Shown here one piece after another: positions 27,617-37,472 of a stretch of DNA of 64,000 nucleotides (position 1 is its first letter; each line of letters opens with the position of its first letter). Location of the stretch: contig JAZQAZ010000040.1 in NCBI GenBank assembly GCA_045545475.1, forward strand, positions 9,136 to 73,135. Reading direction: 5' to 3'. The stretch is from Clostridia bacterium (lineage in GTDB: Bacteria; Bacillota; Clostridia; CAKSNL01; HGM11501). Below the pieces are notes generated by a model that worked only from the letters and a program-made list of their open reading frames with translations, was not told where the DNA came from and did not search any database. The position numbers and the translations under genes are program-made.

Positions 27617-27740
27617 TTGACAAATTCAAATAAATCTGCTACAGTATATGCAGAGGTTAGATTTTTCGATGTGTATTCTGAAGTCGGATTTGTTCCGGCT
27701 TTAAGGACACCTGAAATGTCAACCTCATTTTTTATTTCCC
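27617..27740 (+). ncRNA. Promoter + hairpin small RNA cassette 3 (putative)
   Basis: Promoter nearly identical to cassette 2; RNA AGAGGTTAG...TCAACCTC followed by T-tract. Confidence 0.6.
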
Positions 27741-27785
27741 ACCTTGCATTTCACACTTAAAAAACGCCCGCTTCCGGGCGTTTTT

Positions 27786-28337
27786 TTATCTCCTGTAGCA
27801 CATACAATCCTTTGAATGTCCGTTTATTATCCCCATGGACTGCAGATAGGAATATATAATGGTAGAGCCCACAAAGCTCATCCCTCGCTTTTTAAGGTCC
27901 GCCGATATGGCATCTGAAAGCGGCGATGTTGTCCTTTCCGTAAACTCCTCATTAATAATTTCGGGTGCAAAGCTTCTCAAATATCCGTAAAAGGAGCCCT
28001 TCTCCTTCACGATTTCCTTAAATATCCTGCTGTTTTTTATTGCCGCCTTAATTTTAAGACGGTTTCTTATTATGAGGGGATTTTCCATAAGCTCCGCAAT
28101 TTTTTCTTCGCCATAGGCACTTACCTTATCAATGTCAAAATTGTCAAACGCCGCCCTGAAATATTCCCTTTTGTTAAGGATACATTCCCAGGAAAGCCCC
28201 GCCTGAAAGGATTCCAAAATTAAAAGTTCATAAAGCCTTCCATCCTCCGTCAGAAGCCTTCCCCATTCCTCATCGTGATATTTAATGTATTTTTCATTTT
28301 TAAGATTAACCCAGCTGCACCTTTTACACATAAGCAC
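27786..28337 (-). CDS. tag: DNA-3-methyladenine glycosylase I
   Basis: RCSW...YHDEEWG, LESFQAGLSW, IIRNRLKI, NGHSKDC. Confidence 0.93.
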   Translation of the reverse strand: MLMCKRCSWVNLKNEKYIKYHDEEWGRLLTEDGRLYELLILESFQAGLSWECILNKREYFRAAFDNFDIDKVSAYGEEKIAELMENPLIIRNRLKIKAAIKNSRIFKEIVKEKGSFYGYLRSFAPEIINEEFTERTTSPLSDAISADLKKRGMSFVGSTIIYSYLQSMGIINGHSKDCMCYRR

Positions 28338-28389
28338 CGCTCCTTAAAGAAAAGGGAAAAGCTGTGCTTTTCCCTTTTATCCGTACCGT

Positions 28390-28584
28390 CGTAAAAAATT
28401 GCTTTGTTGCAATTCCTAAGAAAACCCTCTTCGGGTTTTCTTTTTTTATTAATCAGCCTCGCTAAAAACCTTTTCGGCTTTTAACGACACCTTTCGCTGA
28501 TTTAAATGCTCCGCAAAAAATCAGCACGGTGTCCACGCTCGCTGATTCTTCAGTAAAAAAATTGCTTTGTTGCAATTTTTTTAC
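28390..28584. repeat. Structured dispersed repeat, copy C
   Basis: gacacc..gctgattt-AAATGCTCCGCAAA-aaatcagc..ggtgtc; flanking AATTGC-tttgtt-GCAATT hairpins. Confidence 0.85.
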
Positions 28585-29699
28585 TTTCGCCAGAATCCCT
28601 TATCCTTCTTTATGCCTGCATAATTTTTATCGCCGGTCATTTCGGCAAATTCTAAAAGCTTCGCCTTCTGTTCCTTGCTTAAGTTTTTGGGCGTATCAAC
28701 GATAATCGTTACATATTCGTCGCCCTTCTGAGGGTTATGAAGCTTCTGAATTCCCTTTTCCTTAAGACGGAAAATGGAATTTGACTGTGTTCCCTCCGGG
28801 ATGGTAAATTCCACATCGCCGTGAATTGTGGGAACCTGACAGGTTGCACCAAGGGCCGCCTCCGTTATGCTGATGTGCTTTTCAACATAAACATCAAAGC
28901 CCTTTCTCTTAAAGGTTTTGTCGGGAGTAATTGCAACGGTTACAAGTAAATCGCCGTTGGGACCTCCACGAAGGCCGCATTCGCCCTCGCCTGACACGCT
29001 CATCGTCTGTCCGTGATCGATACCGGCCGGAATATTAACCTCAACTGTCTTCGTTCTTCTTACGCTTCCTCTTCCACGACAGCTTTCGCAGGGAGTTTTT
29101 ATAATCTTACCGCTACCAGAGCAGCTCTGACAGGTTGTAACCGTGGAGAAAAAGCCACCCATGGTGTTTCTCACCTGACCTGTACCGTGACAAACCGAGC
29201 ATGTTTCAGCAGTAGTTCCCGCCTTAGCACCGGAACCTCCGCAAGTGTCGCACTTTTCGCTTCTGTAAACCTCTATTGTCTTCTTACAGCCGAAAGCCGC
29301 CTCGGAAAACGTAAGGTTTATCTGCTTATTCAAATCGTTTCCGCGTACAGGGCCGTTTCTTCTCTGACCGCCGCCACCGAAAAAGCTTCCGAAAATGTCA
29401 CCAAGGTCAACATCAAAGCCTCCGAAGCCGCCGTTAAAGCCACCTCCGTATCCGCCGCCCTGAGTCTGATCAAAGGCCGCGTGACCGAAACGGTCGTACT
29501 TTGCCTTCTTATCCGCATCGGATAAAACCTCATATGCCTCGTTTACTTCCTTAAACTTAACTGCCGCACTCTCAGGATCGTCCTTATTCAAATCGGGGTG
29601 GTACTTTTTCGCAAGTGAACGGTACGCCTTTTTAATTTCTTCGTCCGTCGCTCCCTTGGAAACGCCCAGCACCTCGTAATAATCTCTTTTATCTGCCAT
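28581..29699 (-). CDS. dnaJ: Chaperone DnaJ
   Basis: J domain HPD, G/F region, four CxxCxGxG repeats. Confidence 0.98.
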   Translation of the reverse strand: MADKRDYYEVLGVSKGATDEEIKKAYRSLAKKYHPDLNKDDPESAAVKFKEVNEAYEVLSDADKKAKYDRFGHAAFDQTQGGGYGGGFNGGFGGFDVDLGDIFGSFFGGGGQRRNGPVRGNDLNKQINLTFSEAAFGCKKTIEVYRSEKCDTCGGSGAKAGTTAETCSVCHGTGQVRNTMGGFFSTVTTCQSCSGSGKIIKTPCESCRGRGSVRRTKTVEVNIPAGIDHGQTMSVSGEGECGLRGGPNGDLLVTVAITPDKTFKRKGFDVYVEKHISITEAALGATCQVPTIHGDVEFTIPEGTQSNSIFRLKEKGIQKLHNPQKGDEYVTIIVDTPKNLSKEQKAKLLEFAEMTGDKNYAGIKKDKGFWRK

Positions 29700-29780
29700 A
29701 AATATAGTCCTTTCGCATTAAATGCAATATCTATGTAAACAGTATATGCCGGACGGCGCTTACCGTCCGGCTTAAATCTA

Positions 29781-31601
29781 TTAGTTTACGTCTGTAAAGT
29801 CAGCGTCCTGTGCACCTGCGGGGCCTTCCTGACCTGCACCAGCATTACCCTGAGCCTGCTGCTGTGCAGCTGCTTCCTGGTATACTCTCTGACCAATCTG
29901 GCTCATCTTCTGCATAAGAGCATCGCTTGCAGCTTTGATTGCCTCAGTATCTGTGCCCTTAAGAGATTCCTTAACCTTGTCAGCTTCTGCCTTAAGGTCG
30001 TTCTTTTCGTCCTCAGACATCTTGTCGCCCATATCTGTTATGAGCTTTTCTGACTGATAAACCATCTGGTCTGCTGAGTTTCTTATATCAACCTCTTCCT
30101 TACGCTTCTTATCCTCAGCAGCATACTGCTCTGCTTCCTTAACAGCCTTATTAATCTCGTCCTCGGAAAGATTTGTAGATGCAGTGATTGTGATATTCTG
30201 CTCATTACCTGTTCCTAAATCCTTTGCAGATACGTGAACGATACCGTTAGCGTCAATATCGAATGTAACTTCGATCTGGGGGATTCCTCTGGGAGCGGGA
30301 GCAATGCCTGAAAGCTGGAAGTTACCCAATGTCTTATTATACTGTGCCATTTCTCTTTCACCCTGAAGAACGTGAACGTCAACAGAGGGCTGATTATCTG
30401 CAGCTGTGGAGAAAATCTGGCTCTTCTTTGTGGGGATTGTGGTGTTTCTTTCAATAATCTTTGTAAATACTCCGCCCATGGTTTCGATACCGAGTGAAAG
30501 AGGAGTTACGTCAAGAAGTACTAAATCGTCAACGTCACCGGAAAGTACGCCACCCTGGATTGCGGCACCCATAGCAACACATTCGTCTGGGTTGATTTCC
30601 TTACTGATTTTGGATCCAACAAGCTTTTCAACAGCTTCGCATACGGCAGGGATTCTTGTGGAACCGCCAACCATAAGTACCTTCTTTATGTCGCTTGTGG
30701 AAAGACCTGCATCGGATAATGCCTTCTTAACGGGAACCATTGTTTCTTCAACAAGGTCAGCTGTAAGTTCATTAAACTTTGCTCTGGTTAATGTCATATC
30801 AAGATGTAAGGGGCCTTCTGCACCTGCAGAAATATAGGGAAGATTGATGGATGCGCTTGTAACGGAAGAAAGCTCGCACTTAGCCTTTTCAGCCGCTTCC
30901 TTAAGACGCTGAGAAGCCATCTTGTCGTTTCTTAAGTCAATGCCGTTGTCCTTCTTGAATTCCGATGCGATATAGTCGATGATTCTGTTATCGAAGTCGT
31001 CACCGCCAAGTCTGTTGTTACCGCAGGTGGCCATAACCTCGAATACGCCGTCGGAAATGTCAAGGATGGATACGTCGAATGTACCGCCACCTAAGTCAAA
31101 TACCATAATCTTACCGTCAGGATCCTTGTCTGCGCCGAAAGCAAGAGCTGCAGCTGTGGGCTCGTTTATAATTCTCTGAACATCAAGACCTGCAATCTTA
31201 CCTGCATCCTTTGTTGCCTGTCTCTGAGCGTCTGTGAAGTATGCGGGAACTGTGATAACAGCCTGTGTTACAGTTTCGCCCAAATAGCTTTCAGCGTCTG
31301 CTTTAAGCTTACCTAAAATCATAGCGGAAATTTCCTGAGGAGTGTAATTCTTTCCGTCAATGTCCACCTTGTAGGAAGAACCCATTTCTCTCTTGATGGA
31401 GATTATTGTTCTGTCGGGGTTGGATACAGCCTGACGCTTTGCAACCTGACCAACAAGTCTCTCACCATTCTTTGTGAAACCAACAACAGAGGGAGTTGTT
31501 CTCATACCCTCAGCGTTAGCGATAACCACTGCGCTTCCGCCTTCTAAAACGGCTACGCAGGAGTTTGTTGTACCTAAGTCTATACCGATAATCTTTGCCA
31601 T
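29781..31601 (-). CDS. dnaK: Chaperone DnaK
   Basis: [31 protein letters not shown]. Confidence 0.99.
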   Translation of the reverse strand: MAKIIGIDLGTTNSCVAVLEGGSAVVIANAEGMRTTPSVVGFTKNGERLVGQVAKRQAVSNPDRTIISIKREMGSSYKVDIDGKNYTPQEISAMILGKLKADAESYLGETVTQAVITVPAYFTDAQRQATKDAGKIAGLDVQRIINEPTAAALAFGADKDPDGKIMVFDLGGGTFDVSILDISDGVFEVMATCGNNRLGGDDFDNRIIDYIASEFKKDNGIDLRNDKMASQRLKEAAEKAKCELSSVTSASINLPYISAGAEGPLHLDMTLTRAKFNELTADLVEETMVPVKKALSDAGLSTSDIKKVLMVGGSTRIPAVCEAVEKLVGSKISKEINPDECVAMGAAIQGGVLSGDVDDLVLLDVTPLSLGIETMGGVFTKIIERNTTIPTKKSQIFSTAADNQPSVDVHVLQGEREMAQYNKTLGNFQLSGIAPAPRGIPQIEVTFDIDANGIVHVSAKDLGTGNEQNITITASTNLSEDEINKAVKEAEQYAAEDKKRKEEVDIRNSADQMVYQSEKLITDMGDKMSEDEKNDLKAEADKVKESLKGTDTEAIKAASDALMQKMSQIGQRVYQEAAAQQQAQGNAGAGQEGPAGAQDADFTDVN

Positions 31602-31621
31602 AATATATTCCTCCAATTAAA

Positions 31622-32224
31622 TTAGTTTGCTACTTTTACTACTGAATGTCTTATTACTCTGTCGCCGGTTTTGAATCCCTTTTGGAATTCTTCAACGATT
31701 ACGCCTTCTCCTGCATTCTCGTCCTCAACGTGCATAACAGCGTTGTGAAGCTCGGGGTTAAACTCCTCGCCCACAGCGTCTATCGCCGTAACTCCGAGAG
31801 AAGTAAGGATGTCAGCCATCTGCTTTTTCATAAGGTCAACGCCCTCGGAAAATGCTTTCCATTCGCCGGATGCGTCAGTTGGCTTAACCTTTATTGCCTT
31901 TTCAATATTATCGAAAAGAGGCAAAAATGCAGCAACCGTATCGGCCTTTGCCATTTCATATAAGCTTTCCTTTTCCTTGGCTGTCCTTTTTCTGTAGTTT
32001 TCATACTCTGCAGTAATTCGGAGTATCTTGTCAGAAAGCTCCGCTATCTTTTTCTCGTTTTCGTCAACTAAAACTTCTTCTGTCACTTCTTCAACTGTCG
32101 ACTCCTCTGCTGTAACTTCCTCAGCCTTTGCTTCTTCAGCTACTTCCTTTTCTATATCATCCTTTTTCTTCGTCACTTTTTTCATCCCTTTCTGTAGAGA
32201 GCCTTGCATCTTCTGACTTATCAC
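31622..32224 (-). CDS. grpE: Nucleotide exchange factor GrpE (true start probably slightly downstream)
   Basis: AEYENYRKR, FNPELHNAV, GFKTGDRVIRHSVVKV. Confidence 0.96.
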   Translation of the reverse strand: MISQKMQGSLQKGMKKVTKKKDDIEKEVAEEAKAEEVTAEESTVEEVTEEVLVDENEKKIAELSDKILRITAEYENYRKRTAKEKESLYEMAKADTVAAFLPLFDNIEKAIKVKPTDASGEWKAFSEGVDLMKKQMADILTSLGVTAIDAVGEEFNPELHNAVMHVEDENAGEGVIVEEFQKGFKTGDRVIRHSVVKVAN

Positions 32225-33252
32225 GGCTCAAGTATGTGTCTTAATATATTATCCATCGCTTCTGCCATATATTCAAGTGTTGACATAACACGGGAATAAT
32301 CCATTCTTGCCGGGCCGATAATTCCTATTGACCCCTTCATATTGTCTGATGCACTGTAGGATTTCACCACCAGTGAACAGTCGGAAAGTGCCGATATTCC
32401 TGTTTCCCTTCCGATTACCGTAAGGCACGAATCCTCCTCTGATGCATCGCGGACAAGTAGCTTTAAATTTTCATCGTCATCCACAAAATCTAGCAGAGCC
32501 CTTGCCTTATCCACATCGTGATATTCTCTGTAACGGAAAATGTTTGAGGCACCGTCTGTGAAAACCTCTCCGTCATTTCCGGAAAGTGCCGATGTGATAA
32601 ACTCGGAAAGAGCAGGTGTAAGATTTGGCCAGAAACGTGAAACCTCACGGAATACCGCCGCATTAAAGTCCATCTCATCGGGAGTTTTCATCGCCAGAAG
32701 CTCCGTTATAATTCCGCTTAAACGGTCTGCAAACTCCTGATTTATCTCCATGGGAGCTTTTATTTTCTTATCCTTTATAACGTCTCCTGTTGCAACCAAA
32801 ACAGCCAGCACTAATCCTTCCTGCACAACGATAAGCTTTAAGCTCTTAAGACGAAGCCTTACAGTAGAAGGCGTAATTACAAAGGATGTGTAATTGGTGA
32901 TTGCAGAAAGCGTTTCTCCCGCTCTTTTTGCAATTCCCGAAAGCTCTCTTGCTTTTGTCTCCATTCTGTGTGCCAGGTCATCCATCTCCGACAATGTAAG
33001 ACGGTATTTTTCCATCAGTATATCCACATATAAGCGGTAACCAAGATATGATGGAATTCTTCCTGCCGAGGTGTGGGGTTTTTCCAAGTACCCCGCCTCC
33101 TCCAAAAACGCCATTTCGTTTCTTATGGTAGCAGATGAACAATCCTTAAGTATATTTTTCTGAATTGTTGATGAGCCGATGGGTTCTGCCGTTTCAATGT
33201 ATCCGTCAATAATGGCCTTTAATATTTTAAGCCTTCTTTCGGACAAATCCAT
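32221..33252 (-). CDS. hrcA: Heat-inducible transcription repressor HrcA
   Basis: SSATIRNEMAFLEEAGYLEKPHTSAGRIPS, IIGPARMDY. Confidence 0.97.
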   Translation of the reverse strand: MDLSERRLKILKAIIDGYIETAEPIGSSTIQKNILKDCSSATIRNEMAFLEEAGYLEKPHTSAGRIPSYLGYRLYVDILMEKYRLTLSEMDDLAHRMETKARELSGIAKRAGETLSAITNYTSFVITPSTVRLRLKSLKLIVVQEGLVLAVLVATGDVIKDKKIKAPMEINQEFADRLSGIITELLAMKTPDEMDFNAAVFREVSRFWPNLTPALSEFITSALSGNDGEVFTDGASNIFRYREYHDVDKARALLDFVDDDENLKLLVRDASEEDSCLTVIGRETGISALSDCSLVVKSYSASDNMKGSIGIIGPARMDYSRVMSTLEYMAEAMDNILRHILEP

Positions 33253-33281
33253 TTATCTCACCAACCCCTCATTTTTTATTT

Positions 33282-33308
33282 TTAGCACTCTACCCAAGAG
33301 AGTGCTAA
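33282..33308. promoter_or_regulatory. CIRCE element (HrcA operator)
   Basis: TTAGCACTC-N9-GAGTGCTAA; promoter TTGACA-17-TATAAC at 33341..33313 on the minus strand. Confidence 0.97.
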
Positions 33309-33364
33309 AAATGTTATACCACTTTTATCCTCATTTGTCAAGGGGTATATTGAATTTTTTAAAA

Positions 33365-33401
33365 TTATAAAGGACACTTCATTCAGAAGTGCCCTTTATA
33401 A
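33365..33401 (-). terminator. Hairpin terminator originally following clpP
   Basis: TTATAAAGGACACTTC-attca-GAAGTGCCCTTTATAA adjacent to the left TSD. Confidence 0.65.
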
Positions 33402-33534
33402 TTATTCTCCCATTTCTAGATAAGTATTGATAATTAATTTTTTCAAAAAATACTAGTAAATATGCATAAAAACATTTTATGACTACAGAAAAATATACGA
33501 TTAAGTATAAATATTTTTCTGTGGAGGTTATAAA

Positions 33535-34791
33535 ATGGCAAAGTTAAAGGATTTAAAAGATTTAGTTCAAAATGTCAATTTGACAGAAGAACAGATTGCA
33601 GAACTTCTCACTATCATTATTGATATGAAGAAGAAAAATGACAATGCTGAAAAAGGTAAGGTCGTGTTACCACCCGAATTAGTGGCATTATTAGAAAAAT
33701 GCACTATAAACAGAGGTGAAGAATTAGTTTGTCCTTTATGTGGTAGCACTTCTGTAAATAAAAATGGTAAAAAAGATGGTAGACAAAGATACTTATGCAA
33801 GTCTTGTGTTAAAACTTTTGGAGATACTTATGGAACTTTGCTTTATCATTCAAAATTAACAGTAAAGCAATGGATTGAGTTTTTGACCTTAACCCTTTAT
33901 AATGCAAGTCTAAACAGAATTAAAAAGGATATGGGTATCAACCTCGCAACTGCTTGGTACAACAGACACAAGGTATGCTCTCTTATAATGCAGTTAGAAG
34001 GCGAACAAGATAGTTTTCCCTCTATTGTTGAAGGTGACGAGTTCTTTATTCCGCTGTCTTTCATTGGTGAGAGAAACAAGGCTTTCTTCATTGAAGAATT
34101 GAAAAGAATGCCACGTCACCATCGTAACAGAGCAGCAAAGTTTGAATATATTGAACAGGCTGGCTATGAAGTTGCAGAGGTTGAAGATATGGATGGCTTT
34201 TACGATGATGAAACTATCCCCTCTAATCTTTCAGTATCAAAGGAATTGAATGGTCTTGATAAGGAAGAAAAGAGAAAAAGAGGTATCAGCAACGAACAGG
34301 TTTGTGTTATTACTGCTGTGGATAAATTACAGAATGCTTATCTCGCGCCTACTTGCTTGGGTAAGATTGAACCTAAACATTTAGAACAGCATTTGAGTGG
34401 CAAGTTTGCTGAAGATAGTATTCTTGTTACTGATAGTTTGAGAGCATACAGAACATTTGCTAATAACAACAAGATACATTTAAGACAGATACCTTCAGGC
34501 AGACATACTTCTGGTCCATTCAATTTAGGTAAGGTTAATTCCTATCATTCCAAAATGACTGACTTTTTTGACAGATACAAAGAAGTTGGCTCAAAGTATT
34601 TAGACCACTACCTCGCTTTGTTTAGGTGGCAAGAAAAAGGGTTCAATTCCAGAACAGCAGACAGAGTTAATATGTTACTTGATATGCTGACAAAAGGTGT
34701 ACCCGAAAAAGTGGAATTCCAAAAATTGAAATATAGACCTTTTCCTTTTGATACTAAAAATATTGTGAGGGTAGAGACAATTTCCGCATAA
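33535..34791 (+). CDS. IS1595-family transposase (DDN-type)
   Basis: Zn ribbon CPLCGS...YLCKSC; VEGDEFF, LVTDS, VNSYHSK, YLDHYL. Confidence 0.9.
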   Translation: MAKLKDLKDLVQNVNLTEEQIAELLTIIIDMKKKNDNAEKGKVVLPPELVALLEKCTINRGEELVCPLCGSTSVNKNGKKDGRQRYLCKSCVKTFGDTYGTLLYHSKLTVKQWIEFLTLTLYNASLNRIKKDMGINLATAWYNRHKVCSLIMQLEGEQDSFPSIVEGDEFFIPLSFIGERNKAFFIEELKRMPRHHRNRAAKFEYIEQAGYEVAEVEDMDGFYDDETIPSNLSVSKELNGLDKEEKRKRGISNEQVCVITAVDKLQNAYLAPTCLGKIEPKHLEQHLSGKFAEDSILVTDSLRAYRTFANNNKIHLRQIPSGRHTSGPFNLGKVNSYHSKMTDFFDRYKEVGSKYLDHYLALFRWQEKGFNSRTADRVNMLLDMLTKGVPEKVEFQKLKYRPFPFDTKNIVRVETISA

Positions 34792-34941
34792 TGTGGTATA
34801 ATTATATTGAAAATTGGAACATTTTTCTAATTTTTCAGTCTATATGAGTAGAAAGAGTTAGACAAACTTGAATTTGAAGGTGAATCATAAAACAACGCTA
34901 TGCTTCTTGAAGAAGTAATAGAAAGAGGAGAATTTTGGATA

Positions 34942-36099
34942 ATGAAAAAAAATATAAAAATATTTATTATTTTATCTCTCATTTGCTGTATTGGTGTCTT
35001 ATGTTATTTATTAACCACTAATTTTGAGAGTAGTAAAAAAGTATCTGTGCACAAAGAAATAGGAAACGAATTGCAAGATGATATAAGTGCTATGTTGTGT
35101 TATAGCGAAGGTCATTCAGAAATTGCAAAAAGCGAAACCTTTTTTTACACAAAAGATTACCTAAATAAATCTGAAAATCAATATTATTTAGGTGTTTCAC
35201 ACGTTTTCCCTGATGAAATAATTACAGAAAGATTTGCGATTCCTTTAGGATATAAAAATAGTAAGGAAATGGCATCTAATTTAGGACAAATTCTTGATTA
35301 TACTAATTATGAGAAAGCAGAAATACTAATTTTAAATGATTGGTATAATGAAAATAAGAAAATTATTGTTGCTTATATTATAGATAATGATTTGAAAACA
35401 GTTGAATTTTCAGTTGAAGACGAAGCTTATTTAGGAACATATGTAGATAATAGCACAATTTATACTTTGATAAATTCAAAGAACCAATTGATAATTTCTT
35501 CTATTGACACGGCAAATAACAATAATGAAATAACAACTGTTTCTTATTCAGGACTTGTTCGAGATAGAGCAGATTTGTCAGGCTCATATACCCTTATAAA
35601 AAACAGTATTTTATATTTGGGCGAAGCTACATACGATACAAAAAGTGATACAGTCTTTTCTACAATTTCTATGCTTAATTTAGCTAATAATGAAACTTAT
35701 AGTATTACATTTGAAAATGAATGGATTTATAATCTTTTGCATAATGATAATGAAATAGTTGCATTGATGGGTGCTGGAAAAGATGATATAGGATATTATC
35801 AAGATATAGTGTGCAATATTATTGATTTAAATTTAGATGCTATATCTACTCATTCGATTATGGGACTACCTGATAATATTGATACAGTGAATTTTGCAGA
35901 TAGAAGTCAAATATATAATGGGATACTTTACACAATAATAAACGGAACAACTTTAGGGAAAAATCATCTACTTGCTTATAACATAAAAGAAAAAGAAATT
36001 ATTTTTCAAGCTGAACTTGAAACAAAAATGGTAAATAAATATTTATTTGATTGGAATTTTTATATTTATAGCAATAATAATTATTACGAAATACCCTAA
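34942..36099 (+). CDS. IS passenger gene: N-terminally anchored/secreted protein of unknown function
   Basis: AGGAG RBS; MKKNIKIFIILSLICCIGVLCYLL hydrophobic leader; beta-rich composition. Confidence 0.7.
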   Translation: MKKNIKIFIILSLICCIGVLCYLLTTNFESSKKVSVHKEIGNELQDDISAMLCYSEGHSEIAKSETFFYTKDYLNKSENQYYLGVSHVFPDEIITERFAIPLGYKNSKEMASNLGQILDYTNYEKAEILILNDWYNENKKIIVAYIIDNDLKTVEFSVEDEAYLGTYVDNSTIYTLINSKNQLIISSIDTANNNNEITTVSYSGLVRDRADLSGSYTLIKNSILYLGEATYDTKSDTVFSTISMLNLANNETYSITFENEWIYNLLHNDNEIVALMGAGKDDIGYYQDIVCNIIDLNLDAISTHSIMGLPDNIDTVNFADRSQIYNGILYTIINGTTLGKNHLLAYNIKEKEIIFQAELETKMVNKYLFDWNFYIYSNNNYYEIP

Positions 36100-36301
36100 T
36101 TGTTGAAGTAGAAAAGAAAGCCAAGGGAATTTATATGAAGTGTAAATGAAGCATTAATAAAGCGAGATTGTGAAAAATAAATTCCAATTTGTTGAACTAA
36201 ATACATATATGATATGGTGCATACTATAAATGTATCAATATTTCTGTATGCACCTTTTTGTATACTTTTACACATCAATACTTATCTAGAAATGGGAGTA
36301 A

Positions 36302-36880
36302 TTATTTAATTATTCCGTCGATAATGCCGTAAGCAACAGCCTCTTCTGCATTTAAAATATAATCACGTTCAGTATCACGTGTTATATCCTCCATGGTTTT
36401 CCCTGTGTTTTCGGCAAGGATACCGTTTAAGAGTCTCTTTGTCTTAAGCATATCCTTCGTGTGAATATCCATATTGGTTGCCTGACCGCCGACACCGCCA
36501 AGTACCTGATGGATTAAAATTTTTCCATTCTTCATGGAATAACGCTTGCCCTTAGCTCCGCCTGAAAGAAGCACCGCCCCCATGGAAGCGGCAAGTCCCG
36601 CACAGATTGTGGTAACAGGGCTTTTTATTGACTGCATGGTATCATAAATAGCAAGACCGGCAGATACCGAACCACCGGGGGAATTTATATACATCTTAAT
36701 TTCCTCACCGGGAGCAATACTGTCAAGATATAAAAGCTGCGAAACAATGGATGCAGACAAGTCATCGTCAACCTCTGAAAAAAGAAATATCTTTCTTTCC
36801 TTCAAAAGTTCAGAATAGCAATTTGTTTTTGCCAGCGAGCCATCCTTGCTCTCTTTTAATATAATGGGATCAATTATCAT
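36302..36880 (-). CDS. clpP: ATP-dependent Clp protease proteolytic subunit
   Basis: YINSPGGSV, GLAASMG (Ser), LIHQ (His), ERDY (Asp). Confidence 0.93.
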   Translation of the reverse strand: MIIDPIILKESKDGSLAKTNCYSELLKERKIFLFSEVDDDLSASIVSQLLYLDSIAPGEEIKMYINSPGGSVSAGLAIYDTMQSIKSPVTTICAGLAASMGAVLLSGGAKGKRYSMKNGKILIHQVLGGVGGQATNMDIHTKDMLKTKRLLNGILAENTGKTMEDITRDTERDYILNAEEAVAYGIIDGIIK

Positions 36881-37033
36881 AAGTCTTATCCTTTCCCGCC
36901 TCAGGCGTCTTTCTCTGTTTTTGAAAAGTAGTATATCACAAAAACCAAAACAATGCAAGTAAAAGAATTTTCTTTTTTTGGACAAATTTTGTTAGTAAGA
37001 ATTTATCTTTCAATCGAATTATGTCATTCTTCC

Positions 37034-37472
37034 GTGCACAAAAGGCTTTTTGCCTTTTGCTGTCGACTTACTTCGGGCAGTGCACAAAAGGCTTTTCGCC
37101 TTTTGCTGTCGACTTACTCCGGGCAGTGCACAAAACCCTCTTCGGGTTTTGATTTTTTGTTTCGCTCACTAAAACGCTTTTCGCGTTTTACTGTCGACTT
37201 ACAGCAATTTAAATGCTCCGCAAAAAATTGCTACGTCGACCACGTTCGCAAAACTTCGTTCCGTAAATTGCTTTGTTGCAATTTACTGCACTCATTTCTT
37301 TATGGAAATTTTCCAGAAAGCTTTTCGCTTTCTGCTTTTTTTGTTTCACTCGCTAAAAGGCTTTTCGCCTTTTTCCACCCATTTACGCCAAGTAAATGCT
37401 CCGCAAAACTTGGCTACATCGGTGACGCTCGCAAAACTATCGTATAAAAATTTCTTTATGGAAATTTTTATA
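37034..37472. repeat. Structured dispersed repeat cluster D (46-bp tandem x2 plus two full cores)
   Basis: Period-46 units at 37034, 37080 and 37126; AAATGCTCCGCAAA loops at 37211 and 37394. Confidence 0.88.

Larger units (their letters stand above)
33407..36298 (+). mobile_element. IS1595-family transporter IS with passenger gene
   Basis: Perfect 25-bp TIRs CTCCCATTTCTAGATAAGTATTGAT (33407..33431 and 36274..36298); 8-bp TSD TAATTATT (33399..33406 and 36299..36306); AT-rich. Confidence 0.95.

Noticed and set aside
36767-36781. 15-nt identity (TTTTCAGAGGTTGAC) between clpP coding strand and the start of sRNA cassette 1
   Set aside because: Same-sense match, partly upstream of the predicted transcript start, and short enough to be chance.
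37034-37472. Possible CRISPR array
   Set aside because: Units are tandem with no unique spacers, belong to the dispersed palindrome family, and no cas genes are present.
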